Notes: generated by a model not told the origin, from the letters alone. DNA of 62,842 nt, filler included, from Globobulimina sp. (GCA_003354225.1; 53 parts of 53 records of this genome joined end to end with filler, not necessarily neighbours in it); one strand, 5' to 3'. Numbered from the whole stretch's first letter, positions 35,642 to 47,372 are shown. A program made the numbers and translations.

Positions 35642-36490
35642 AATGTGAGATCGTTTAATTCAGATATATTCAAAATGCATAAACTAAAATGGTATTTGCA
35701 GGTTTATCCCAATGGTAATACTGAAGAATATAAAGGAAAAGTAAGATTGTTTCTTTATTTAGCAGCAGTTCCATCACATCTTAGTAGAGTTTCAGTTGGA
35801 TATCACATGAGATTTGTTGAAGGAGCTGAAGTGCATAATTATAATTATATATTTGACAGTAAAAAGATGAGCGTTGGACCAATAGATTGGTTTGGTACAA
35901 ATAAATTATTGAAATTTAATACATTGACCTTTGAAGTCGGTGTACAAATTATTCAATTGTATGATGTGAATGGTAAAGAAATTGAAGATGAAACAGAGAG
36001 AAAAGTAGAAAATGTCGGCAGCGATGATTATAGTTTTATGAGAGTAAGATTTAATTCGTTAGAAACGCGAATGGATGAAATATTTAAAATGGTTAAGAAA
36101 TTACGAAATAAAGCAGAAGATGATGAGAAACATGACAATAATGTTTTGAATGAAATTCAAAGTCTAAAACGAGATATGATTTTATTGAAAGGAAATATGA
36201 ATGAAAATAATAATAAAGTGATGTTATCAAAAAAAGATAAATTACAAAAATGGTTAAGTAATGACGTCGGATTACCCGCTTATTATAATATATTTATTGA
36301 GAATGGCATTGAAGATTTAGATGTGGCAAAATTGATTACAATGGAAACTTTAAAAGAAATGCAGATTACAAAAATTGGACATAAAATGAAAATAATGCAA
36401 AAAGTTGCTGCACTCAATGCAAATGCTGCTGCCCTCAATGCAAACGTTGCAGCATATGAAGGGATTAATGTACTTGATACAAATCAATAA
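35642..36490 (+). CDS. MATH + coiled coil + SAM domain protein, 5'-partial
   Basis: KWYLQVYPNG...VRLFLYL; SAM domain WLSNDVGLPAYYNIFIENGI...LKEMQITKIGHKMKI. Confidence 0.88.
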   Translation, partial: NVRSFNSDIFKMHKLKWYLQVYPNGNTEEYKGKVRLFLYLAAVPSHLSRVSVGYHMRFVEGAEVHNYNYIFDSKKMSVGPIDWFGTNKLLKFNTLTFEVGVQIIQLYDVNGKEIEDETERKVENVGSDDYSFMRVRFNSLETRMDEIFKMVKKLRNKAEDDEKHDNNVLNEIQSLKRDMILLKGNMNENNNKVMLSKKDKLQKWLSNDVGLPAYYNIFIENGIEDLDVAKLITMETLKEMQITKIGHKMKIMQKVAALNANAAALNANVAAYEGINVLDTNQ

Positions 36491-36828
36491 TTGTAAACTT
36501 AGTAATACTATAAATCCGCAGCTTTTATATGCACACACACACTTTGAACACCAGCTTGGCCGACATTAATTGTTATTACTTCACGTGCCATATCTTACAT
36601 CAACAAGGTGCCATCATCTCCAGTTATTTTGTACAGAAAAAAAGAAAGAAAAGCTCTTTTACATGCTAGTGTCACAAGTGTTTCTTGTTGCTTTATGTTC
36701 GGTGGTAACATTTAGCACTGAATGTACGNNNNNNNNNNNNNNNNNNNNNNNNNNNNNNNNNNNNNNNNNNNNTTAATTAATTAANNNNNNNNNNNNNNNN
36801 NNNNNNNNNNNNNNNNNNNNNNNNNNNN

Positions 36829-37040
36829 AAATCTCAACAAATATATTTGTTTTAAAACAAATCTCAACAAATATATTTGTTTTAAAACAAATCTCAACAA
36901 ATATATTTGTTTTAAAACAAATCTCAACAAATATATTTGATTTTAAACAAATCTGGCAGCACACATCAACAAATATATTTGATTTTGAACAAATCTGGCA
37001 GCACACCTCATCAAATATATTTGATTTTGTTCAAATCTGA
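36829..37040. repeat. 30-bp minisatellite (aaatctcaacaaatatatttgttttaaaac): three exact copies, then degenerate copies
   Basis: Direct tandem copies with no spacers. Confidence 0.9.
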
Positions 37041-37087
37041 AAAGCATCGATATTGAGTGGAAATCAGTGATATTGGTTGAATATCAG

Positions 37088-37660
37088 TCATCCAGAAAAA
37101 ACAAATATATTTGTCCAGCAGCGCTGCCAAAAAGATATGAGTGTAAAACCGTCATTATCTTTATGATCATCTGAATGAATGTTATTTTTATCTTTGTATT
37201 CTTGTAACTGCAGTTCAATATATTTTATTTCATCAAATGTCAAAGTGTCTGCTCCTAAAGAATGCACAAAATATGTATGGATCCGTGATAATAAATTAAC
37301 AGAATAGTCATCAATTTCATTTGTAGTGTTTAATAATTCATCGCGATTTCGATAATATCTCGCAACAATTTGACAATTGTTTCTGTCACATTTCACGGAT
37401 AAAAATTTAAAGAATAAATTAAATTCTGTTTTATATATATTGTCATTGACATTATGGTTATATTTAACATGGAAAAAATCGTTTAACAGATTTAAATTTG
37501 AATAATTATCCAATAATAAATGAATTACTTGTTTTGTGGTGGATTGAATATTATTCTCCACAATGTCAATTTTATTATACTTTTCCAAAATAGCTTTTAT
37601 TTTCTGAGCTGACTTACATTCTGCAAAAGAATGTTTGCATCTGTTGAGGCTTGACGCCAT
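37088..37660 (-). CDS. Orphan Cys/His-motif family protein; 3' end probably replaced by repeat-derived sequence
   Basis: LLNDFFHVKYNH, CDRNNCQIVARYYRNR, LLSRIHTYFVH. The tail TNIFV matches the translation of the adjacent minisatellite. Confidence 0.55.
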   Translation of the reverse strand: MASSLNRCKHSFAECKSAQKIKAILEKYNKIDIVENNIQSTTKQVIHLLLDNYSNLNLLNDFFHVKYNHNVNDNIYKTEFNLFFKFLSVKCDRNNCQIVARYYRNRDELLNTTNEIDDYSVNLLSRIHTYFVHSLGADTLTFDEIKYIELQLQEYKDKNNIHSDDHKDNDGFTLISFWQRCWTNIFVFSG

Positions 37661-38200
37661 TTTCAACAGTTCAAAGTGGAAAAGTTTTTAATTTCAACAT
37701 CAAGACATGGAACTTCGTTTTTGTAGCAGGAATTCGTCAAAAAACAAATGGAGAAGCACCCTCATTGATAAACACTACAAAAATCAGCATGATTGTAGAT
37801 GGGGATCGAACCACAGATACGGTCACTCACTTTATGATTGTCCATGTTGTGTAGGCAAGTTTTGTTGGCGGAAAGCAAAGAACAAAAATATTAGATACGA
37901 TGTAAGAACCCAACANNNNNNNNNNNNNNNNNNNNNNNNNNNNNNNNNNNNNNNNNNNNTTAATTAATTAANNNNNNNNNNNNNNNNNNNNNNNNNNNNN
38001 NNNNNNNNNNNNNNNTTTTGAAGTTGTGAAGAAATTGGATTTTTTCAAGTTTTAAAGCTTTTTCAAAAATCAAGATGTTTACATTTTTTGCAAATTCAAT
38101 AAAAAAAAAGGGAAAGATGCGTTCGAAAATGGTAATACGATGTGACTATACGAAAGGCTTTAATAAATGTAATAAATATACAAAAAAATGTTAAGTCAAT

Positions 38201-39035
38201 TCACTTTTTAGATACTTGATTTTTAACCTTTTCCTGGGCTTTTTTAATTCTTTCCGGATCGCCTAAAAATAATCCAGTTAATGGTTTAACCGCTTTTGCA
38301 TTCGGAATGATATTCAAATCTTTATCAAACTCATAAACGAGCGGTATTCCAGTGGGTATTTCCAAGGATGGTATGGTTGCATCATCGATGCTATCCAAAT
38401 ATTTCACAATGGCCCGGATAGAATTACCATGAGCCGCCACCAATATTGTCTTCCCAGCAGCTAACATGGGCAAAATATCAGATTTCCAATACGGCTCAGC
38501 GCGCGCAATCACATCCTTTAAACACTCCGTTTTGGGGATTTCCTTCTCATCGCAGAATCTCTTATATTTTGCTTCATTGGCTGGGTTATATTGCGATTTC
38601 TCGTCAATTTCCGGTGGCGGAATGTCAAAACTACGCCGCCATTTTAATACCTATTACAAACAAGAAATTTACAGAAATTATGCGAGTTATATGCTACGTA
38701 TATTGTATGTATATACCTGTTCTTTGCCGTGTTTCTGGACGGTTTCAATTTTATTTAAGCCCTGTAATCCACCGTACATTCTCTCGTTTAATCGCCATGA
38801 TTTTTTCACGGGAATATACATTTGATCTATCTCTTGCAACACCATATTGCCAGTAATGATGGCACGCTTTAAATAGGAAGTAAACATGCAATCGAATTGG
38901 TAGCCCGCCTGTTTTATCTCTGCGGCGCCCTCCATTGCTTCTTTTTTACCTAAATCGGTCAAACCGACATCGACCCATCCTGTGAATTGATTGCATGCAT
39001 TCCATTCAGATTGGCCATGCCGAATGAAAACTAAA
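38201..39035 (-). CDS. gpmA: 2,3-bisphosphoglycerate-dependent phosphoglycerate mutase; intron 38651-38716
   Basis: RHGQSEWN, FTGWVDV, LNERMYGGLQGLNK, Q|VLKWRRSFDIPPP, AAHGNSIRA, IPTGIPLVY. Confidence 0.95.
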
Positions 39036-39280
39036 TTGAGTAATATTTCCCCGTCAAAACACGCCAACACAAAAGCGAACAAATTCAGGCTATCACCTCG
39101 ATNNNNNNNNNNNNNNNNNNNNNNNNNNNNNNNNNNNNNNNNNNNNTTAATTAATTAANNNNNNNNNNNNNNNNNNNNNNNNNNNNNNNNNNNNNNNNNN
39201 NNAACAAATATTGTTTTTAACAAACAAGACCGGAGCTAAACCCTTAAGTTTTTTTGAAATGAGCTAACCATCCTCAAAGC

Positions 39281-40120
39281 ATGGTATTCGATGAAAAACG
39301 GTTGAAATTAGTAATATTGGTATATACCATAATATCATTAGGTATATATGTGCCGTTATGTTGCTTTGGCATTTGTCGTTACTTGATCTATTACAACAAC
39401 ATTATGATGAAAAAAAGATATTCAAATCTTACATTACTATCATGCATTATCCTATTAATGATAATCATCATTGGTCCCATTGCACTTTTATCCTATGTCG
39501 GATATTTTGATTTTAGTATTGGTCGATGGTTTGTTGAACCAATATTTATTTTAATATTCTCTCAAATGTATTTATTTATTTGTCGAATTTATTTAAATTA
39601 TTATGATATTAATTACTGTCAAGCAATAAAAAACGATCAATGGAAACAATTAATAAATAGTTCGTCCTCCACAAATTGGTACATTTCCAATAAATCAATC
39701 TATGGAAATTTACAATATTGGATAAAATATATAATTTTACTAAACATATTGACCATAATTATGATATATTGTGCAACAATGTTCTATCCGAACAATTTTG
39801 TTTATTCAATGTATTTGCTAGATATCACAGCGTTGATTCCAGGCAGCATCGGTACCGCCGTAATCATTATAATACGTTATAAAGTGTGGAAGTTGAAATT
39901 TCATGATAACATTTACTTTGGTGATGAAATACAAATTTGTTTATTTGGTGGTGTTATTGCATTGATATTAAACACAATCATAATCTCTGTCACATGGTTC
40001 ATTGCTCCATATTTATGGCATTTAGCATTTAGTACAGTTTTATTCATTTTTTTGAATGCGTTTTGTTTTTGGATTTATATATTTACTCATTGGGTTATTA
40101 AGGTAAATAATGCAATTTAA
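39281..40120 (+). CDS. Seven-transmembrane-like membrane protein
   Basis: About seven hydrophobic segments; the frame may continue through a GTAAAT donor at 40103. Confidence 0.6.
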   Translation: MVFDEKRLKLVILVYTIISLGIYVPLCCFGICRYLIYYNNIMMKKRYSNLTLLSCIILLMIIIIGPIALLSYVGYFDFSIGRWFVEPIFILIFSQMYLFICRIYLNYYDINYCQAIKNDQWKQLINSSSSTNWYISNKSIYGNLQYWIKYIILLNILTIIMIYCATMFYPNNFVYSMYLLDITALIPGSIGTAVIIIIRYKVWKLKFHDNIYFGDEIQICLFGGVIALILNTIIISVTWFIAPYLWHLAFSTVLFIFLNAFCFWIYIFTHWVIKVNNAI

Positions 40121-40391
40121 TTGTAATATGATACCAAGCTATAATTAGAGGGAAATATATTTAATTAAATGGCAAAAATTCAGATTATAGCTTTGTATTT
40201 ATATTATAAATAAATTAAGAAAAATATAAAATGGCTAAACTTAAACCGGTCATATAAAAGTTTGAACAAATTGACAGAAATGATGCAAGNNNNNNNNNNN
40301 NNNNNNNNNNNNNNNNNNNNNNNNNNNNNNNNNTTAATTAATTAANNNNNNNNNNNNNNNNNNNNNNNNNNNNNNNNNNNNNNNNNNNNTA

Positions 40392-41075
40392 TATTTTAAG
40401 TGGTATTTTAAAGTGGAGAATTTCTCCAATTTTGCAGCTTATTTATGGGATTTGAGGAATTCTGCACAGTCAATAAACCACCACGTTCGCGAACAGCATT
40501 TGTTTTGTGATTTGGATCATTGCCACAACAGATACAAACAGATATTATTTAGCAATTACAGTCAACGCAAGGATTTATTGGATGCGTTGGGAGAGAATGT
40601 ATGGAATGATATTGGTAAAAATGGATGGCATCCGGCATTGCATCATGATCTAAATCAAAAATTAAAAACAAGGAAATGGAAACCTATTGTTTTTAGAGAA
40701 TATTCAATGGATCCAAACGTATATCAAAATAAACAATCTTTAGTCGATTATGGCGCACCATCCACACATTCAAAGTTAGCAAATACAAAAGTGTTGCAAT
40801 ACTATGACATATTTACTGTTAAGGACATGTTGCGATTTTATCAAAGAGATTATCAGTTATTTAAGATGAAAATACCGGATTGGATTTGTAATGTCATTGC
40901 AAATGAAATCCTACAAATGAAGGGTAATAATGAAAGCATACATGATTCACTGAATGAGTTATTGGAATTAATTGAAACAGAAACTGTGTTCGATTTGAAC
41001 CAATATCCAATTTGCTATCAGCAATTGAGAGTTTGTGTAGCATCGGAATTGCAAACTTGTCATAATATAATTTGA
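40392..41075 (+). CDS. Sulfotransferase (Sulfotransfer_2-like) C-terminal part
   Basis: NHHVREQHLFCDL and FYQRDYQLF motifs. Confidence 0.55.
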   Translation, partial: YFKWYFKVENFSNFAAYLWDLRNSAQSINHHVREQHLFCDLDHCHNRYKQILFSNYSQRKDLLDALGENVWNDIGKNGWHPALHHDLNQKLKTRKWKPIVFREYSMDPNVYQNKQSLVDYGAPSTHSKLANTKVLQYYDIFTVKDMLRFYQRDYQLFKMKIPDWICNVIANEILQMKGNNESIHDSLNELLELIETETVFDLNQYPICYQQLRVCVASELQTCHNII

Positions 41076-41576
41076 ATTATTTGTCATTTTTGTTCTTCTC
41101 TATTTTTTTATTGGGGACTGACAAATACGACGGAGTCGCACTTTATTTATGAAAAGCTTAAGTACTAAATAGCTATCACTGAAGTACCAGGATAAACGAA
41201 TACCGTTCTCGCGAGTGCAAGGATAGAATGATTACATATTTCTAGTTTCAACGTTCAGCATTAACTCACAACAAAACATTTAAATGACGACATGATTACA
41301 CAATGAAATGTTTTATTGTTTTTGTTTTGCATGACACTGTCAAATTTTATAAAGATTTTTATTATTTTATATCCATTTTTATTAATTTTATTTGAATAAT
41401 CCGTCCATATTCTTTTTATTAATTTTATGGTCTTCTTTTATCCTCAACTCTTAAATTAGAGATATTGCCCATATTCNNNNNNNNNNNNNNNNNNNNNNNN
41501 NNNNNNNNNNNNNNNNNNNNTTAATTAATTAANNNNNNNNNNNNNNNNNNNNNNNNNNNNNNNNNNNNNNNNNNNN

Positions 41577-41846
41577 GTTGTTTGATGATGCACCTGATCC
41601 ACCCACTAATGATGTTATTGTAATGAAAAGTATTAAAACAACAAAAAATGCGCATGCCATCTTTAACCATTTTTGAAATAAAACCAAATTTGCTCGTAAT
41701 CCAACCACATTTGAGGTTGCTGGTGTTTGTCCACCTTGTCCTTTTTCCATTTGTTCTAAACTACTATCATAGGTTGCTTGTTGTGACGTTGTAGCATTCA
41801 GTTCATCACCGATTTCATCACCGATATCATCACCATTGGTACGCAT
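41577..41846 (-). CDS. Type II membrane protein N-terminus, left copy
   Basis: MRTNGDDIGDE...TM segment MACAFFVVLILFITITSLV. Confidence 0.65.
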
Positions 41847-42378
41847 TTTTTATCCAATTAAATTATTTCTATTTATTTTAGTTATGTAACTTTGTAAAGA
41901 AACATTCAAACATTAAAACGTACCTTAACCTTTTGAGACTTTTCGATTGACACAAAGGATTGCTTTTAAGTTGAGTTGAGTTAAAGATTGGTAGTATTTA
42001 TTATCAATGCACGCGATGAAAGATGACTATCTCACTTAATTAATGCACGCGATTCGATTATTAATGCACGCGATTATTAATGCACGCACAAGAATTGTTC
42101 GTGCATGTTACAAGAATATCAAGAATGTTACAAGAATGTCAAGAATCGCGTGCATTAATTAAGTGAGTTAATCATCTTTCATTGCGTGCATTGATAATAA
42201 ATACTACCAATCTTTAACTCAACTCAACTTAAAAGTAATCCTTTGTGTCAACTAAGCTAAGCATTTTAATCGAAAAGACTCAAAAGGTTAAGGTATGTTT
42301 GAATGTTTCTTTACAAAGTTACATTGTTTCAAAATTAATGAAACTAAAATAAATAGAAATAATTTAATTGGAACAAAA

Positions 42379-42663
42379 ATGCGTTCCAATGGTGATGATA
42401 TCGGTGATGAAATCGGTGATGAACTGAATGCTACAACGTCACAACAAGCAACCTATGATAGTAGTTTAGAACAAATGGAACAAGGACAAGGTGGACAAGG
42501 ACAAGGTGGACAAACACCAGCAAGCTCAAATGTGGTTGGATTAAGAGCAAATTTGGTTTTATTTCAAAAATGGTTAAAGATGGCATGCGCATTTTTTGTT
42601 GTTTTAATACTTTTCATTACAATAACATCATTAGTGGGTGGATCAGGTGCATCATCAAACAAC
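42379..42663 (+). CDS. Type II membrane protein N-terminus, right (paralogous) copy
   Basis: MRSNGDDIGDE..., with an extra GQGGQ relative to the left copy. Confidence 0.65.
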
Positions 42664-42763
42664 NNNNNNNNNNNNNNNNNNNNNNNNNNNNNNNNNNNNN
42701 NNNNNNNTTAATTAATTAANNNNNNNNNNNNNNNNNNNNNNNNNNNNNNNNNNNNNNNNNNNN

Positions 42764-43591
42764 TCGAGCAGTGGGTCCTTGATTAATTCATCAATCTTTT
42801 GTTATGCTGTGTTTGGATGGTTTAATGGGTATTATGCCGCACGTTTGTTTAAATTATTTGGTGGTACACCAGAAGAATTGAACCAGCATATTTTAAAAAC
42901 TTCATTGTATTATCCCGCATTTAATTTCTTTGGGTTTATTTTAATTGATTTAATAATTTGGTGTGATTCGTCTGCAACACAAGCTGTGCCCTTTGGAACA
43001 TTATTAGCATTGATTGTAATTTGGTTTATGATTTCCGTCCCAATGGTTTATTTTGGTGCGTATTATGCGTATAACAAATTGAATACAATTGAAGTGCCGT
43101 GTGAAGTACGTCATATTCCACGAGTTATTCCAGCAAAACCTTGGCATTTAAAGAAAGAATTTGCATATTTGAGTGGTGGTATTGTGGTATTTGGATCAGT
43201 ATTTATCGAAATGATCCATATAATGTCATCGGTATGGAATCATCATTATTATTATGTATTTGGTTTTTTATTGTTAGTATTTTTATTATTGACAATTATT
43301 TCTGGCCAAGTTAGCATTTTGTTGGTTTATGCAAGATTAAGTTATCAAGATTATAATTGGTGGTATTGCTCATTTTTTGCACCAGCAACTTCCGGTTTAA
43401 TTGTGTTTCTTTATTCCATTTATTATTTCCAAACTTCATTGCATTTCGCACCAATATTGTCTACGTATGCCATGTATTTTGGATATATGACATTAATATC
43501 GGTTGCATTTGCTTTAATTACTGGATTTGCGGGATTTTATGCTTCCTTCTGGTTTGTTAAAACCATTTATAATGCAATTAAATCTGATTGA
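42764..43591 (+). CDS. Transmembrane 9 superfamily (EMP70/nonaspanin) C-terminal part
   Basis: AVPFGTLLAL..IWF.ISVP, IPRVIP, FGSVFIEM, YYVFGFL, DYNWW, terminal IYNAIKSD*. Confidence 0.95.
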   Translation, partial: SSSGSLINSSIFCYAVFGWFNGYYAARLFKLFGGTPEELNQHILKTSLYYPAFNFFGFILIDLIIWCDSSATQAVPFGTLLALIVIWFMISVPMVYFGAYYAYNKLNTIEVPCEVRHIPRVIPAKPWHLKKEFAYLSGGIVVFGSVFIEMIHIMSSVWNHHYYYVFGFLLLVFLLLTIISGQVSILLVYARLSYQDYNWWYCSFFAPATSGLIVFLYSIYYFQTSLHFAPILSTYAMYFGYMTLISVAFALITGFAGFYASFWFVKTIYNAIKSD

Positions 43592-43950
43592 TTGATTGAT
43601 TGACTAAAAAATTAAATAAATTAAATATATTTGTTCTCAAAACGTTTTCGTTTTAGTTAAAACCTAGTCTAATAATGTCATTGTTAATTCCTTTTCTGCT
43701 GTTTGTGATGGTAGTAACCAACGCTAGTAATTATCATGACATAAAATTTAGAATATCAACTGATAATAACTCCAGACACGAGCAACCTAGACATATTCTC
43801 TCAGCTACCGGTGCCTTCATGGCTTCATCTTCATTGCCTCGGAGTGATGGNNNNNNNNNNNNNNNNNNNNNNNNNNNNNNNNNNNNNNNNNNNNTTAATT
43901 AATTAANNNNNNNNNNNNNNNNNNNNNNNNNNNNNNNNNNNNNNNNNNNN

Positions 43951-44838
43951 CGGACCTCGTGTATGGACACAGTTTGTTCTCATAGCGAGTCGTTTGAATA
44001 TTTCTTGACGTCCATGGCCAACCGAGTGGCGATTGCGACGCATGTCGGCTTCAAAGCGAATCTGAGCAATAAGGACTGTGACAAATTCCGCTATTATTCA
44101 GATTCCATCAGCGGCGAATTGGCCTATATCACCATTTCGGAGTTGTCGCCCAAAATATCCTTCGAAAGGAAGAAGGCGTTGTATTTGTCGACGTGCATTC
44201 GAATCATTTGGAGCGAGACGCATTTGTCGACCAATAAGAAAAAGAATTGTCCGATTTGGCTGTGCTCCGATTATGTGCCGACTTATCGACACTCGTTGCC
44301 GGAGACTCCCATTATTTATATCCGAATCACTGCGCAGTCGCACGGATTGTACCGGGTGTCCATCAATGGCGAGTCTGTGTTGCCGCACTTGTTGGGCCAG
44401 TATAAGAAAAACAGACTGTCCAAACACTCCAACACCTCGAAGAAGATGATGAATTTTCGAAATGTGAAACAGAAAACGAGTTCGAATTCGAAGCGGGAAG
44501 AGATAATCTCTCGCATCGGAGCAGCGCACACAAACACCACCTCCATACCGACCACGGGCTTTGAACGGGTCATCATCGGGCCGTTGGTGGATGGAATGGT
44601 GATTTCCGAGTCGGTGTTGCCTGATTTGGTGAGGAAGACCATCGTGAATGCAAGCAATCTGATTTCAGAGTTGATGGATGATTCGCTGTCTGTGGATGCC
44701 AAAGAAAAGCGGGAAAGACTCATCTTGGAAATTTCTACAAAGTTTGAAAAATATCGATCGTCAAACCGAGACAAATATTATCAGTGGTTTTTTGTCAATC
44801 CGGATGACAACAACAATCAGAATCAGAATAAAAAGTGA
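43951..44838 (+). CDS. Rap/Ral-GAP domain protein (RalGAP/tuberin-like) C-terminus
   Basis: HVGFKANL, IRIIWSE, GLYRVSI, IGPLVDGMVIS..VLPDLVRKTIVNAS, R.RLI. Confidence 0.75.
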   Translation, partial: RTSCMDTVCSHSESFEYFLTSMANRVAIATHVGFKANLSNKDCDKFRYYSDSISGELAYITISELSPKISFERKKALYLSTCIRIIWSETHLSTNKKKNCPIWLCSDYVPTYRHSLPETPIIYIRITAQSHGLYRVSINGESVLPHLLGQYKKNRLSKHSNTSKKMMNFRNVKQKTSSNSKREEIISRIGAAHTNTTSIPTTGFERVIIGPLVDGMVISESVLPDLVRKTIVNASNLISELMDDSLSVDAKEKRERLILEISTKFEKYRSSNRDKYYQWFFVNPDDNNNQNQNKK

Positions 44839-45137
44839 AGTGACACAGTTTTAATTCATTTTTGATTTGTAAATAGTTTTATTCTTTTTTCTTTTTCTTT
44901 TATTTCGTTTAATTTGTGTTTTGAAGATGTGTTTTATTAAATTCATGCAAACAAAAAAGAAGCAACATCATTGTTATAAACAAATACTTGTAATCGCTCA
45001 GTCCAAGTGCTAAATCAATATTAAATAAACCTGAAACNNNNNNNNNNNNNNNNNNNNNNNNNNNNNNNNNNNNNNNNNNNNTTAATTAATTAANNNNNNN
45101 NNNNNNNNNNNNNNNNNNNNNNNNNNNNNNNNNNNNN

Positions 45138-46224
45138 TTAATATTTTTCTGGTCTTTGAACCACCTCTTTTCTTTTGTTGTTTTCATGAATTATTTTATA
45201 CGCCTCGGTTTACAGGAATTTCAATGTCGGCGGTGTTTATAGTATCCATTGCATATAACTCACACATTTTATTTTTATTATAATTTGGATGATTCATTAA
45301 TATGTTTGTTAAGCATGGAATTGGTGCCGAATTGGCATCGTTTAAATCATCAAACACAGAATCAAATAATTCATCATCATTATCAATATATAGTTCATTA
45401 TCGGGAGTTATTTTGTACGTATTTATGATTGGCGGCATATAAAATTGTGGCTGGTCGGCGGAAGATATTAACTGTTTATCTGTTTGCAATTAATGGAATA
45501 AAAAAGGTAATGGACACCTACTTCATCTGCTATTTATTAAATGTTGATAATTTACGAGAATTAACGTTCTCACAACTTCTCTGCCTCGATATTGAATCAT
45601 TAACGACCATTGCTGAATTTAATGAAGTGTACGAAGCCATCCACAAACTCCACTACCATCAACCGGCCGAAATCTCGATTTTTAACAAATCCATATTGAA
45701 AAAACCTATTCCAAGAAAAGAAAAAAGATATTTAAATGACAATAACAACAACAAAAAACGGAACAACAACAAATATAAATCATATGGCCAATCAAACCAC
45801 CAAAACAAGAATACCAATAAAAACAAAAATAATAAAAAGAAAAGCGACAAAATAGAACAAGATGACGATGAACAACCTCCAAACAAAGCAGCTAACGAGT
45901 AGAAAGAATAAAAATAAACAAAATCATCCAATAATCTCATATATACATTCCCCTTTTCCCCACACCATCAAAATATCCATCCTTCTCTACCAATTACTAT
46001 CACGCAGTTGATATGGCAAACCATCCAACTTACCAAAGTTAGAATTGTCTCATGTTTTGTTAATATTTTTCTGGTCTTTGAACCACCTCTTTTCTTTTGT
46101 TGTTTTCATGAATTATTTTATACGCCTCGGTTTACAGGAATTTCAATGTCTGCGGTGTTTATAGTATCCATTGCATATAACTCACACATTTTATTTTTAT
46201 TATAATTTGGATGATTCATTAATA
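45138..46224. repeat. 165-bp direct repeats at both contig ends (45138-45302 and 46060-46224; one mismatch), 922-bp period
   Basis: ttaatatttttctggtc...gattcattaata occurs twice; the difference is tcGgcgg vs tcTgcgg. Confidence 0.9.
45490..45902 (+). CDS. C-terminal part of a paralogue of the zinc-knuckle protein at 13072-14159
   Basis: MDTYFICYLLNVDNLRELTFSQLLCLDIESLTTI aligns with LDMFYMCYVLNVQNLFDLSFSQLLCLDLETLTTI. Confidence 0.7.
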
Positions 46225-46324
46225 NNNNNNNNNNNNNNNNNNNNNNNNNNNNNNNNNNNNNNNNNNNNTTAATTAATTAANNNNNNNNNNNNNNNNNNNN
46301 NNNNNNNNNNNNNNNNNNNNNNNN

Positions 46325-47372
46325 TGCAGCAAATATAAGACTCCACAAAATTAATTCTTTACTGTTTCCAGAATTATAATTACTATCAGTTTTCGGCGAA
46401 TCAGTATCATCGATATATATATCATCCTGTGTATGACTAGTCGTTGTAGTCGTAGTTGTAGTTGATGTACTATCTGCTATTGGTTCATCAGTAAGTGTAG
46501 TCTGTGTAGTCTGCGTGGTTTTAGTTGTGGATAAAACAGCTGTTGTGGATATCGATGTTGTTGGATATGATGTTGTTGGATATGATGTTGTCGGATATGG
46601 TGTTGGTTGGGATATGGGATGTAATGTGGGACTGTTTGTTGGATCAATTGTTGGGTTTGAGGTGGGGCCAATTGTTGGATTGTTAGTCGGGTTATCTGTT
46701 GTATTTGATGTTGTTGGTTGTTTACTTGGATCAGTTGTTGGTGTTTGACTTCCAGAGCGTGTTGGTTCCTTTGTGGGTGAAGCTATAATTATATATATAT
46801 AAAATGTGTAATATTGTATTGTAGCATGTTTCTGTAATATTGTGGTACTGTATATGCATACCCGTTAAATACGGAGTTCCATAATATCTAAAATTGCTGA
46901 TATATATTTTCACAGAGCTGTCTGAACCGGTCATTTTTAATTTAAATGTAAAAGATGGTAAATCACTCCAAACAGGCCAAGCACTTTCGTCTTTTCTAAA
47001 AAGAGTTGGTGTGGCTTGATAGCTGCCTGAATTACCGCGAACAGAACCAAATGATCCAGATGCTGCAACATAAGAGTAATCGTACGCAAATGATCCAGAT
47101 GCTCCATTCGAAACTACGTCAAATTGAACATGTATATCATGATATCCTGCAAAGGACCATGTTTTCTCTGCAATGCCATTACTATTTGCTAACTCTAAAC
47201 ATGATGAAGCATTGACACATAATATATTTGTTGATGGAAACGTATAGCTGCCACTAAAACTCCAACCATCTGACGAATCAAACAGTTCTTCATACATTAT
47301 TATTTCACTATATGCGTCTATCTGACAGAAGTAATAAAATATGCATGAAACGATAAAACGTAGCGACGACAT
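46325..47372 (-). CDS. Cell-surface protein: signal peptide, beta-rich domain, Pro-Thr repeat stalk, start of TM; intron 46783-46861
   Basis: A GTATGC...TATAG intron joins to ASPTKEPT...PTxxPT repeats; the frame ends in ELILWSLIFAA. Confidence 0.8.

Larger units (their letters stand above)
41577..42663. repeat. Contig-wide palindrome: arms 41577-42055 and 42143-42663 with an 87-bp repeat-rich spacer
   Basis: The arms are reverse complements carrying substitutions and indels, and both end at the same base (...tcaaacaac). Confidence 0.95.

Noticed and set aside
36829-37040. 30-bp array as CRISPR
   Set aside because: Head-to-tail copies without unique spacers; no cas genes.
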